From assembly GCA_963766895.1 (NCBI GenBank), contig CAVYCB010000011.1, forward strand, positions 24,333-88,332: a stretch of DNA of 64,000 bases, read 5' to 3'. A program made the position numbers and the translations under genes. Below, in pieces: positions 29,517 to 39,378 of the stretch (position 1 is the stretch's first letter; every line of letters starts with the position of its first letter). Below the pieces are notes generated by a model. It did not search any database. It worked only from the letters and a program-made list of their open reading frames with translations, and was not told where the DNA came from. Origin of the DNA: an uncultured Acidobacteriota bacterium (lineage in GTDB: Bacteria; Acidobacteriota; Blastocatellia; Pyrinomonadales; Pyrinomonadaceae).

Positions 29517-29611
29517 AGCGTACCCAATCCCGGTCAAAAAGACTCACAGGTCGCTGCTGCTTCCCGGCTCTGACAAGGCGCTATCTTGAATTGATTGGTC
29601 AATTTGACCGC

Positions 29612-29827
29612 TCAGCCCTGCGAAATAAATCCGGCACGGCCTTCATGTTCGGTTAATTCCCAGACGACCGCGATCTTATCGAGCGCCACATACGCGGCTT
29701 TTCCGTCTTTATCCTGAAGATGCAGAATGCCGTCCTTTATCAAAACCGCTTCCCCCCGGATCACACTATTGGTGCCGCAGGTCAGCGCGATCTTTTTTCC
29801 CATTAAATGGGTCAATAATTCTTCCAT
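29612..29827 (-). CDS. small hypothetical protein (71 aa)
   Basis: Only an isolated ORF with plausible compositional coding character. No family recognised. Confidence 0.35.
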   Translation of the reverse strand: MEELLTHLMGKKIALTCGTNSVIRGEAVLIKDGILHLQDKDGKAAYVALDKIAVVWELTEHEGRAGFISQG

Positions 29828-30220
29828 TTAGTTCCCCTCTATAAAAATTACGTAATATTTAATAAAAGTGCCGCAAGGCCGCAAAATATTGCCACCAAAT
29901 GCGCTTTCAGTTCGTGTAACCAGCGGATAGGTTTTTTCGCCTGGCCCCAAAGTCATTTTCAGCAGGCAAAACTTCTATCAAATATAACCTGATTCCCAAA
30001 CCATTTGCATTTGGGAAACGTCTAAAAAATTAGCAGCTCGATTCTTCTAAAAACTTTTTGCAAAAAAGCTCTTGCAATTTTGCAAACATTTTTAGTAGCA
30101 TTTAAACAATGGTTAACATCGTCCGAGTCGATCAGTAATCATTTTCCACGATCATCACGGAAAGGGCTCGCAAGAGTTCCTTAATAAATCAGTTTTAGAA
30201 AGTCGAAGGAGGGTAAAGGT

Positions 30221-32422
30221 ATGAACCCCAGATTGTCGCTTGATCCGTTTCGGGTTTGGTACAAGGTTTTAAGCGTCGTCCTGCTGAGTTTTATGCTTAC
30301 GGCAACCGTTCTGGCCGATGTTGAAGAGGACTTCAACTCACCCACGCCTATTTTGCTGAGCGAAAGAGGCTCAACGCGTGCACTGGCCATAAAAGCAGAC
30401 GATTGGAATGGCACGATACCGCGCAGCGGTGACCCGCAAGCTTTCACCCCGGGTGAAAAATCACGGGTAATGTTTTTCGTGACGAATCTTTCGCTGATGG
30501 ATGGTGAGGGCGCAAACGCTTTTCGCCTCTATCTCGAAGATCCTTCGGGGCGTTCTTTTCGTTTTGACATTCAGGATATTCAACCGGTGACCAGGGACAA
30601 TGCGGTCTACGCCGTTATTGTATCGCTCTATGACCCGACCGAATATTACGGCCAGCCGCAGCCGGTCGGCGACCATCTCGTCCGCCTGACCTGGCGGGGA
30701 TTGGCCAGCAACCGGGTCCGTGTCGGAATCGGCAAATTGGGCGGTGACATCCAGGATGACAAAGGCGCCGTTCCGACCTCTTACCCCCTGAGCAAAAAAG
30801 CGCGCGAGCAAGCTGAAGCTTCGGTGGCGCCGGAATATGTCGGCCTTAAGTTTAAAGGCGACCGCACGCGTTTTATGGAACAGGCCGCTTTCGGCCCGAG
30901 CCCCGCGTTAAATGAGCGGCTTCGCCGTATCGGTATCAAAACGTGGCTCGCCGAGCAGCTCGACGCGGCCGCGCCTTCGACACCCTACCCTTTTCTGCCC
31001 CTGATGCCTTCCGATTCCGGAACGGGGTGCAGCGGCAGTACCAATCCGAATTGCAATCGCGACAATTACCAGATGTACCCGATGCAGGTCTGGTTCTATA
31101 CCGAAGCTCTTTATGGTGAGAACCAACTTTTGCACCGCACGTCGTGGGCGCTGAACCAGATCTGGGTGACGGCGAATCCCGAGGTCCAACAGCCCAGCCA
31201 TATGCTGCAGTATCAAAAGCTTTTGGATAAGCATGCCTTCGGCAACTATCGCAATCTGATGCAGGATATGACGCTCAACCCGGCCATGGGAATATATCTG
31301 GATATGCTCGGCAGCACCAGAAATAATCCCAATGAAAATTATGCCCGAGAGATCCTGCAGCTTTTCACCATCGGACTAGTCATGTTGAATCAGGACGGCA
31401 CTCCGCAGCTTGACGGCAACAGTGTGCCGGTCCCGACCTATTCGCAAGATTCTGTCAATAATTTCACCGAGATCTTTACCGGTTGGCAACTCTGCCAGCA
31501 GAACCCGCCGACCTGTCCTAGTTTCAATGGAAACCCGAATTATACCGATTCGATGCTGCTCAACCAGAACCTGCACAATGTCACGACCAAGACATTGCTC
31601 GCTTACCCCGGAGCGCAGAATGTGGATATTCCGGCGAATCAGAATGGAGCGGTCGATCTTAACGCAGCGCTCAACAACATCTTTAACCACCCGAACGTCG
31701 GCCCCTTCGTCAGCAAAAAGATGATCCAGCACCTGGTAACGAGCGATCCGACACCGGCTTATGTTTCGCGCGTGGCGGCGGTGTTTAATAACGACGGTTT
31801 CGGCAATCGCGGCAACATGAAGGCCGTGGTCAAAGCGATCCTGCTCGATCCCGAAGCCCGCGGCGACGTCAAGACCGATCCTAATTACGGCAAGCTGCGT
31901 GAACCCGTTCAGGCGATCACCAACGTGCTGCGTAATTTCGGCGTTCGCAACGCGGCCGCTACCGGCCCGAGCGATTGTAATATCAATCCGCGCTCCGCAA
32001 CTCTGGGACAGGACGTTTATCGCGCGCCGTCGGTGTTCAATTATTTCCCGGCGGATTACATCGTTCCGGGAACGACCGTGGTCGGCCCCGAGTTCGGTAT
32101 CTTAAATACCGGTTCATCGATCGCACGGGCGAATTTGATGAACACGCTGGTATTCAATACGATCCCGGTCTCTAACCCCGATACGCCGGCCGGCACGTCG
32201 ATCGATCTGACAGGCCTGCAGGCGCTCTCGGCGGCTGACTCTACCGGCAACCTTTTGTTGGATGAATTAAACAACAAGATGATGCACGGTACGATGTCAT
32301 CGCAGATGAGAAGTTCTATTCTCACCGCCACCACCGTCGTTGCGTCTACCGATACTCTGACGAGATCTCGGCAGGCACTTTATCTAGTCGCGACTTCGTC
32401 GCAATTCCAGGTGCAGAGGTAA
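30221..32422 (+). CDS. DUF1800-family protein, copy 1
   Basis: 733 aa with an N-terminal signal/anchor and motifs such as RTSWALNQIWVT, NPNENYAREILQLFTIG and HPNVGPFVSKKMIQHLVTSDP. Confidence 0.8.
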   Translation: MNPRLSLDPFRVWYKVLSVVLLSFMLTATVLADVEEDFNSPTPILLSERGSTRALAIKADDWNGTIPRSGDPQAFTPGEKSRVMFFVTNLSLMDGEGANAFRLYLEDPSGRSFRFDIQDIQPVTRDNAVYAVIVSLYDPTEYYGQPQPVGDHLVRLTWRGLASNRVRVGIGKLGGDIQDDKGAVPTSYPLSKKAREQAEASVAPEYVGLKFKGDRTRFMEQAAFGPSPALNERLRRIGIKTWLAEQLDAAAPSTPYPFLPLMPSDSGTGCSGSTNPNCNRDNYQMYPMQVWFYTEALYGENQLLHRTSWALNQIWVTANPEVQQPSHMLQYQKLLDKHAFGNYRNLMQDMTLNPAMGIYLDMLGSTRNNPNENYAREILQLFTIGLVMLNQDGTPQLDGNSVPVPTYSQDSVNNFTEIFTGWQLCQQNPPTCPSFNGNPNYTDSMLLNQNLHNVTTKTLLAYPGAQNVDIPANQNGAVDLNAALNNIFNHPNVGPFVSKKMIQHLVTSDPTPAYVSRVAAVFNNDGFGNRGNMKAVVKAILLDPEARGDVKTDPNYGKLREPVQAITNVLRNFGVRNAAATGPSDCNINPRSATLGQDVYRAPSVFNYFPADYIVPGTTVVGPEFGILNTGSSIARANLMNTLVFNTIPVSNPDTPAGTSIDLTGLQALSAADSTGNLLLDELNNKMMHGTMSSQMRSSILTATTVVASTDTLTRSRQALYLVATSSQFQVQR

Positions 32423-32428
32423 AAGTTT

Positions 32429-33922
32429 ATGAAACAATCAAGAAGAGACTTTTTATTAAGATCAGGCTGCGCTCTGGGTATGGCTTCGCTGGCGACACAG
32501 GCGCGACACTTCGGCTTAATGAGCACGTTGGCCAAAACTGTTGAAACAGACAACAGTTTTGCTCCGACTGATTACAAAGCGCTGGTATGTATCTTTATGG
32601 ACGGCGGAAATGACGGCAATAACACGGTCATCCCCAATCATAGCGATGCCACTATCAGCAATTACAGCGTTTATTCCACGGAGCGCCTGGCATCGTCGCT
32701 GGCCATTCCGCAGGCAAACCTGCTGCCTATCGCGGTCCCCCGCATGGGCGGGCTGACCTATGGCCTGCACCCGAGTTTTGGCACCGGGGCCACAAACGCC
32801 GGTATCCATCCTTTGTGGGCGACGGGCAAGCTCGCGGTCGTTACTAACTGCGGTACGCTGGTGGCGCCGATGACGCGCACGCAATACTTGAACGGTTCTG
32901 TGCAAAAGCCTTACCAGCTTTATTCGCACTCCGACCAGGTCGCGCAATACCAAACCGCCCGTTCCAACATCGCGGATTTCACCGGATGGGGCGGCAAACT
33001 GGCCGACCGCATGAACGCGTGTTCCAACCCGACCGGGCTGATCCCGATGATCACCTCGATCGCGGGAACGAACCTGTTCACCAACGGGCAGCAGACGCTT
33101 CCGCTGGCGATCAATAACGCCAACACGGCGCTTAATAATGTGCTGACGCTTTCCGGTTATAACGGCAACGCTACTTCGAACGCGCGGCTGGCTTCGTTCA
33201 ACAACCTGCGTGGTTTCGATCTGGAATCCAATGTGGTCAAAGCGGCCAGCAACGTCACAAGCCAGGCCATCCAGGCACAACAGGCGCTGTCCACTTTCCA
33301 GGAAGTCACCGCGACCTTCCCCAACACCAGCATCGGGCTGCAGTTAAAACAGATCGCGCGCCTGATCAAAAAACGCAACGAACTGACCATCAACCGCCAG
33401 ATATTCTTTGCGCGGATCGGCGGTTTTGATACTCACAACAATCAGAACAATGCGGCCAACGGCCAGGTTGCGCTGCTGCAGCAGCTGAGCCAGGCCATGC
33501 GCGCGTTCTATGATGAAATGGGAGTTCAGGGCGCGCAGGACAACGTGATCCAGTTCACCGTGTCTGATTTTTCACGCACCTTTACACCGGTTAGCTCCGG
33601 CGCCGCGGCCGGCAGCGACCACGCCTGGGCGAATCATATGTTCGTGCTTGGCGGTTCGGTTCTGGGCGGCGATTTCTACGGAATGAACGGTTCTAACGGA
33701 ACGCCTTACCCGCAACTAGTCAAAGGCGCGGGTGACGACGCCGACAACGGCGCCGGCGCGAAAGGGCGTTGGATCCCGACCACCTCGGTGGAGCAATATG
33801 CGGCGACGCTGGCGCGATGGTACGGGCTCGATCCGGCGCAGTTCTCGCAAGTGTTCCCGAATATCAATAACTTCAGCACTTCGAACCTCGGCTTCGTGCC
33901 GGCGGCCAGCCCGGCTTGTTAA
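32429..33922 (+). CDS. DUF1501-family (sulfatase-like) protein with Tat signal, copy 1
   Basis: SRRDFLLRSGCALGMASLA twin-arginine signal, GGNDGNNTVIP, GGFDTHNNQ and GSDHAWANHMFVLGG. Confidence 0.85.
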   Translation: MKQSRRDFLLRSGCALGMASLATQARHFGLMSTLAKTVETDNSFAPTDYKALVCIFMDGGNDGNNTVIPNHSDATISNYSVYSTERLASSLAIPQANLLPIAVPRMGGLTYGLHPSFGTGATNAGIHPLWATGKLAVVTNCGTLVAPMTRTQYLNGSVQKPYQLYSHSDQVAQYQTARSNIADFTGWGGKLADRMNACSNPTGLIPMITSIAGTNLFTNGQQTLPLAINNANTALNNVLTLSGYNGNATSNARLASFNNLRGFDLESNVVKAASNVTSQAIQAQQALSTFQEVTATFPNTSIGLQLKQIARLIKKRNELTINRQIFFARIGGFDTHNNQNNAANGQVALLQQLSQAMRAFYDEMGVQGAQDNVIQFTVSDFSRTFTPVSSGAAAGSDHAWANHMFVLGGSVLGGDFYGMNGSNGTPYPQLVKGAGDDADNGAGAKGRWIPTTSVEQYAATLARWYGLDPAQFSQVFPNINNFSTSNLGFVPAASPAC

Positions 33923-33927
33923 TAAAT

Positions 33928-33948
33928 GGAGCGCCGAATTTATTCGGC
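33928..33948. repeat. GGAGCGCCGAAT-TATTCGGC small hairpin repeat, copy 1
   Basis: ggagcgccgaatttattcggc. Related copies lie at 37983 and 42385. Confidence 0.6.
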
Positions 33949-33970
33949 ATGAACGCGATAGTTAATTAAA

Positions 33971-34000
33971 GTGAGCGGCGTAAAAACCGCTCGCTTTTTT
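33971..34000 (+). terminator. rho-independent terminator after cassette copy 1
   Basis: gtgagcgg-cgtaaaaa-ccgctcgc followed by tttttt. Confidence 0.7.
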
Positions 34001-34033
34001 GTATAAGGAAGGCTCTGCCTATAAAGTCACACG

Positions 34034-34099
34034 GCCACGAATTGCACAAATAACACGAATAAAGAAATTTTAATTCGTGTTATTTGTGCAATTCGTGGC
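34034..34099. repeat. CACGAAT-type hairpin repeat, copy 3
   Basis: gccacgaattgcacaaataacacgaat ... attcgtgttatttgtgcaattcgtggc, sitting between the two duplicated cassettes. Confidence 0.85.
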
Positions 34100-34278
34100 G
34101 AATAAAAGAGCCGTGTGCAAGCAGCCCTTCTGCGCCTGAGAGGCCGCCGACTTACCTTTTTCTATTGCTTTTTTCCCCTGATAACAATTAATATAGTGCA
34201 ACAATTGATCACCGCGTAAAGGGGCTCACAAGAGCTTCCTTAAAAAAACAGTTTTAAAAGTCGAAGGAGGGTAAGGGT

Positions 34279-36489
34279 ATGAACCCCAGATTATCGCTTT
34301 ATCCGTTACGGGTTTGGTGTGTCGTTCTGCTGAGTTTTATGCTTGCGGCAGCCGTTCTGGCCGATGTTGACGAAGACTTCAACTCGCCCACGCCTATTTT
34401 GCTAAGCGAAAGAGGCTCAACGCGTGCGCTGGCCATAAAAGCGGAAGATTGGAACGGCCAGATCCCGAAAACGGGTGACCCGCAGGCGTTTACTCCCGGC
34501 GCAAAATCGCGAGTGATGTTCTTTGTCACCAACCTGGCTTTGCTCGACGGCGAAGGCGCAAATGCTTTTCGCATCTACCTGGAAGACTCGTCGGGCCGCC
34601 TGTTCCGCTTCAACGTGGAAGATCTGCAGCCGGTGACCAGGGACAATGCGGTGTACGCCGTTATCGTTTCGCTCTACGATCAAACCGAGTATCACGGCCA
34701 GCCGCAGCCGGTGGGCGACCATCTCGTGCGCCTGACGTGGCGCGGGCTTACCAGTAACCGCGTTCGTCTCGGCATCGGTAAACTCGGCGGCGATATCAAG
34801 GACGATGCGCGCAGCGTACCCACCTCCTACCCACTGAGTAAAAAAACCCGCCAGCAGGTGGAAGAAGGTATCATGACCGAGTATGTGATCGGGCTTAAAT
34901 ACCAGGGTGACAGGACCCGCTTTATGGAGCAGGCAACGTTCGGCCCGACCCCTGCGCTCAACGAGCGCGTCCGCCGTCTCGGCATTCGCACCTGGCTGAC
35001 CATGCAGCTCGAAGCTGCCGGTCCGTCGACGGCTTATCCGAACCTGCCGCTGATGAATATCACCTCTTCAGCATCCACTACTCAGGGCGGGTGCAGCGGC
35101 GCCCCGGGCACCTGTGTCCGCGACAATTATTCAATGTACCTGCTGCAGAATTGGTTTTTTCTGGATGCATTTTATGGTGAGAACCAGCTCCAGCACCGCA
35201 CCTCCTGGGCGCTGAGCCAGATCTGGGTGACGGCGTATCCCGAAGTGAGCCAGTCCAGCCATATGCTGCAGTATCAAAAGATCCTGGACCAGCACTCCCT
35301 CGGCAATTATCGCAAGTTGATGCAGGACATGACGCTCAATCCGGCCATGGGACGCTACCTCGATATGCTGGGCAGCACCCGGAACAATCCGAACGAAAAC
35401 TACGCCCGCGAATTGATGCAGCTGTTTACGACCGGTTTATTTATGCTCAACCAGGACGGCACCGTGCAGACGGACGGCCAGGGCAATCCGCTCCCGACCT
35501 ATACCCAGGACACGGTAAATAATTTTACCGAGATCTTTACCGGCTGGCAGCTTTGCCAGCAGCCCGCGCCGACCTGTCCGAACCCGACCGGCAACAGCGC
35601 CATTCCGAATTACACCGACCCGATGCTGTTGGTGCAGTCGCTGCACAACACCACGACCAAAACTCTGTTGAGCTACCCGGGCGCGCAGAACGTCAACATT
35701 CCAGCCGATCAAAACGGGATAACCGATCTGAACCAGGCGCTGGATAATATTTTCAATCACCCGAACGTCGGCCCCTTCGTCAGCAAGCTGCTCATCCAGC
35801 ATCTTGTTACCAGCGATCCGACACCGGCTTATGTTTCACGTGTTACCGCCGTCTTTAATAATGACGGCCTCGGCATGCGCGGCAACATGAAAGCCGTGGT
35901 CAAAGCCATCCTGCTCGACCCGGAAGCCCGCGGCGACGTCAAGACCGATCCGACCTACGGAAAGCTTCGTGAGCCGGTGCAGTTAATGACCAACGTGATG
36001 CGGCAGTTCGGCGTGCGCTCGGCGCCCGGCGTGGACCTTAGCGACGGCGTGGTAAATCCGCAGGCCAACGCGATGGCGCAAAGCGTCTATCAATCGCCGT
36101 CGGTGTTCAATTATTATCCGGCGGATTATATCGTGCCGGGAACCACGCTTCACGGGCCGGAGTTCGGCATTTTGAATACCGGCACTTCGATCGTGCGCGC
36201 CAACTTTATGAACACGATCGTATTCAACACGATCCCGATCAGCGGCACCGCGCCCATGGGAACTTCGATCGATCTTAGCGGCCTGCAGGCATTGGCCGCC
36301 GCCGATCCGACGTGCAATCTCTTGCTGGATGAACTCAACAACAAGATGCTGCACGGCACTATTTCGGCGCAGACGCGAAGCACTGTCCTTACCGCCACGA
36401 CAGCCGTGTCGTCGGCTAACACATTGGCGCGCGCCAGGCAGGCGCTCTTTCTGGTCGCGGCTTCGTCGCAATATCAGGTGCAGAGGTAA
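34279..36489 (+). CDS. DUF1800-family protein, copy 2
   Basis: 736 aa, collinear with 30221..32422 over its full length. Confidence 0.8.
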   Translation: MNPRLSLYPLRVWCVVLLSFMLAAAVLADVDEDFNSPTPILLSERGSTRALAIKAEDWNGQIPKTGDPQAFTPGAKSRVMFFVTNLALLDGEGANAFRIYLEDSSGRLFRFNVEDLQPVTRDNAVYAVIVSLYDQTEYHGQPQPVGDHLVRLTWRGLTSNRVRLGIGKLGGDIKDDARSVPTSYPLSKKTRQQVEEGIMTEYVIGLKYQGDRTRFMEQATFGPTPALNERVRRLGIRTWLTMQLEAAGPSTAYPNLPLMNITSSASTTQGGCSGAPGTCVRDNYSMYLLQNWFFLDAFYGENQLQHRTSWALSQIWVTAYPEVSQSSHMLQYQKILDQHSLGNYRKLMQDMTLNPAMGRYLDMLGSTRNNPNENYARELMQLFTTGLFMLNQDGTVQTDGQGNPLPTYTQDTVNNFTEIFTGWQLCQQPAPTCPNPTGNSAIPNYTDPMLLVQSLHNTTTKTLLSYPGAQNVNIPADQNGITDLNQALDNIFNHPNVGPFVSKLLIQHLVTSDPTPAYVSRVTAVFNNDGLGMRGNMKAVVKAILLDPEARGDVKTDPTYGKLREPVQLMTNVMRQFGVRSAPGVDLSDGVVNPQANAMAQSVYQSPSVFNYYPADYIVPGTTLHGPEFGILNTGTSIVRANFMNTIVFNTIPISGTAPMGTSIDLSGLQALAAADPTCNLLLDELNNKMLHGTISAQTRSTVLTATTAVSSANTLARARQALFLVAASSQYQVQR

Positions 36490-36495
36490 AAGCTT

Positions 36496-37980
36496 ATGAA
36501 ACAATCAAGAAGAGACTTTTTATTAAGATCAGGCTGCGCTCTCGGTATGGCTTCGCTGGCGACACAGGCGCGGCACTTTGGTTTAATGAGCGCGATGGCC
36601 GGCACGGTGCAAAATAATTCCTTTGCGCCGGGCGATTATAAAGCGCTGGTGTGCATCTTTATGAGCGGCGGCAATGACGGAAACAATACCGTTATTCCCA
36701 ATCATAGCGATGCCACGCTAAGCAATTACAACACCTATTTTACCGAGCGCAATCCGTCAACGCTGGCGATCCCGCAAGCCAGTCTTTTGCCGATCACCGT
36801 TCCGCGGATGGGCGGGCTGGCCTACGGGCTGCATCCCAGCCTCGGCGCGGGTGGGACCAATAACGGCATTCACGAACTCTGGGGATTAGGCAAACTGGCC
36901 ATGGTCACCAATGTCGGAACGCTGGTGGCGCCGATGACCCGCACGCAATTCCAAAACGGTTCGGTGCAAAAACCCTACCAGCTCTATTCGCATTCGGACC
37001 AGATAGCGCAGTATCAATCCGCGCGCTCCAATACGCCTGAATTCACCGGCTGGGGCGGCAAGCTGGCCGACCGCATGAATGGCTGCTCGAACCCGGGCGG
37101 GCTGATCCCGATGGTCACTTCGATATCGGGCGTCAACCTGTTCACCAACGGACAGGTCACCGTGCCGATGGCGATCGCCGCGGCGCCCACGGGTTTGAAC
37201 CAGGTGCTGGCGCTCAGCGGATTCAACGGTACTTCCGATTCGAACGCCCGCCTGGCGGCGTTTAATCAGTTAAGAACTTTTGACCTGGAATCCGAGGTAG
37301 TAAAAGCGGCGAGCAACATCACCAATCAGGCAGTACAGGCAAACCAGGCGCTGTCTTCTTTCCAGGAGGTGACCGTTACCTTCCCGAATACTACCATCGG
37401 CAACCAGCTCAAGCAGGTCGCGCGGCTGATCAAAAAACGCGGTGAGCTGACGGTCAACCGCCAGATATTTTTCTGCCAGCTGGGCGGGTTTGACACGCAC
37501 ACCAGCCAGCCCGCGGGGCAGGTAAATTTGCTTTCGCAGCTGGGACAAGCGATGCGCGCTTTTTACGATGAGATGGGCGTGCAGAGCGCGCAGAATAACG
37601 TCACCGCATTCACGGTTTCGGATTTCTCGCGCACGTTCACTCCGGTGGGCGCGGGCGCCGGGGCGGGGACCGACCACGCCTGGGCGAATCATATGTTCGT
37701 GATGGGCGGCGCGGTGCTGGGCGGCGATTTCTATGGAATGAATACTTCCAACGGAACGCCTTACCCGCAGCTCGTCAAAAACGGGCCGGACGATGCCGAC
37801 AACGGCGGGACCGCCAAAGGACGCTGGATCCCCACGACCTCCGTCGAGCAATATGCGGCAACGCTGGCGCGCTGGTACGGCCTCGACCCGGCCCAGCTGT
37901 CACAGGTGTTCCCGAATATCAACAACTTCGCCAGCTCGAACCTCGGCTTCATGCCGGCGTCAGCCGCGGCCTGCGCATAG
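36496..37980 (+). CDS. DUF1501-family (sulfatase-like) protein with Tat signal, copy 2
   Basis: 494 aa, collinear with 32429..33922. The first 32 residues are identical. Confidence 0.85.
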   Translation: MKQSRRDFLLRSGCALGMASLATQARHFGLMSAMAGTVQNNSFAPGDYKALVCIFMSGGNDGNNTVIPNHSDATLSNYNTYFTERNPSTLAIPQASLLPITVPRMGGLAYGLHPSLGAGGTNNGIHELWGLGKLAMVTNVGTLVAPMTRTQFQNGSVQKPYQLYSHSDQIAQYQSARSNTPEFTGWGGKLADRMNGCSNPGGLIPMVTSISGVNLFTNGQVTVPMAIAAAPTGLNQVLALSGFNGTSDSNARLAAFNQLRTFDLESEVVKAASNITNQAVQANQALSSFQEVTVTFPNTTIGNQLKQVARLIKKRGELTVNRQIFFCQLGGFDTHTSQPAGQVNLLSQLGQAMRAFYDEMGVQSAQNNVTAFTVSDFSRTFTPVGAGAGAGTDHAWANHMFVMGGAVLGGDFYGMNTSNGTPYPQLVKNGPDDADNGGTAKGRWIPTTSVEQYAATLARWYGLDPAQLSQVFPNINNFASSNLGFMPASAAACA

Positions 37981-37982
37981 TT

Positions 37983-38003
37983 GGAGCGCCGAATTACTTC
38001 GGC
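37983..38003. repeat. GGAGCGCCGAAT-type small hairpin repeat, copy 2
   Basis: ggagcgccgaattacttcggc. Confidence 0.6.
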
Positions 38004-38048
38004 ACGAACGCACCTGCGTTCGGAAGAACGCGTCAATTACATAAACGT

Positions 38049-38077
38049 GCGGATGGTTAAAACCATCCGCTTTTTTT
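38049..38077 (+). terminator. rho-independent terminator after cassette copy 2
   Basis: gcggatggtt-aa-aaccatccgc followed by ttttttt. Confidence 0.8.
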
Positions 38078-38121
38078 GAGGTCGGTAGCGGCGGTATCAG
38101 CGGCTGCGTATCAGTTAAAAT

Positions 38122-38190
38122 GTTTAGAGTTCAAACTTTAGTTTGTCTTTTGTTTGGAAATGAAGACAAGCTGAAGCTTGAACTCTAAAC
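38122..38190. repeat. long hairpin repeat (GTTTAGAGTTCAA type)
   Basis: gtttagagttcaaactttagtttgtctt ... aagacaagctgaagcttgaactctaaac. Confidence 0.75.
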
Positions 38191-38273
38191 CGTTTTGCCG
38201 AGTGCGTTATCTTCACACCAAGTAACGTGTAACTTGTTGCCATCCTCATCCGAATGTGCTGCAATAATTACAG

Positions 38274-39098
38274 ATGAAAATATTTTTTGCGGTTATATTT
38301 ATGTTAATTCTTACCACTATCTCTACCGCCCAACCGGCGGGAAAATATGCCAACGTGAACGGCCTGAAAATGTATTACGAGATACACGGCAAAGGCTTCC
38401 CGCTGGTGCTGATACACGGCGGCGGTTCGACCATCGGCACTACGTTTGGCCGTGTTTTGCCGGCGCTGGCTAAAACGCACCAGGTGATAGCGGTCGAGAT
38501 GCAGGCGCACGGGCACACCGCCGACATCGATCGCCCCTTGAGTTTTCAGCAGGACGCCGACGACATTGCAGAGCTGCTAAAACAGTTAAAGATCGGCAAA
38601 GCGGACATCTTCGGTTTCAGCAACGGCGCCAGCACTACGCTCGAGGTTGCTATTCGCCATCCCGAACTGGTCAACAAGATCGTCGTCGCATCTACCTTTT
38701 ATAAAAAGGACGGTGCCTTTTCCGGTTTCTGGGAGATGATGGCCGGCGCGACATTCGAAGGAATGCCGCAGCCTTACAAAGACGCTTTTCTAAAAATAAA
38801 TCCCGATAAGAACGCGCTCTACGCGATGTATAAAAGAGACATTACCCGGATGCAAAACTTTCCGGAGATCAAGGAAGCGGATATAAAAAATATTAAAGCG
38901 CCCGCGCTTATCATTGCCGGAAATAAAGATGCCGTGCGGCCGGAACACGCCGTCGAAATGTACCGCCGGATACCGAATGCGACGCTGGCGATATTTCCCG
39001 GCGGGCACGGAGATTATATCGGCGAGCTGACAACTCTAAAGCCCGGGCAGACAGAATTTCCCGCGCTGCCGGTGATAGAAGAATTTCTAAGTAATTAA
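38274..39098 (+). CDS. alpha/beta hydrolase
   Basis: YEIHGKGFPLVLIHGGGS oxyanion region, nucleophile elbow GFSNGA, and a C-terminal GGHGDY. Confidence 0.8.
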   Translation: MKIFFAVIFMLILTTISTAQPAGKYANVNGLKMYYEIHGKGFPLVLIHGGGSTIGTTFGRVLPALAKTHQVIAVEMQAHGHTADIDRPLSFQQDADDIAELLKQLKIGKADIFGFSNGASTTLEVAIRHPELVNKIVVASTFYKKDGAFSGFWEMMAGATFEGMPQPYKDAFLKINPDKNALYAMYKRDITRMQNFPEIKEADIKNIKAPALIIAGNKDAVRPEHAVEMYRRIPNATLAIFPGGHGDYIGELTTLKPGQTEFPALPVIEEFLSN

Positions 39099-39116
39099 CG
39101 GATCTTGTTTAGTATA

Positions 39117-39202
39117 TTTAGTGTGCTTCGTGGATTAATTCTCAAAACTCCCCTCCTTACGAAGGAGGGGGTGGCGCTGTTCAGCGCCGGGATGGTTCTC
39201 TC
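39117..39202. repeat. composite repeat (ttcgtg half-site plus CTCCCCTCCTTACGAAGGAGGGG element)
   Basis: tagtgtgcttcgtggattaattctcaaaactcccctccttacgaaggagggggtggcgctgttcagcgccgggatggttc. Confidence 0.8.
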
Positions 39203-39262
39203 TTGTCAGTATTTCTTTAAAACAAAAAAGCCGCTTCAAAAAAAGCAGCTTTTCTTCTTAAA

Positions 39263-39340
<78 letters not shown>

Positions 39341-39378
39341 AAGTCAATCTATGAGTTTAAGTTACTGGACGGTTCAAG

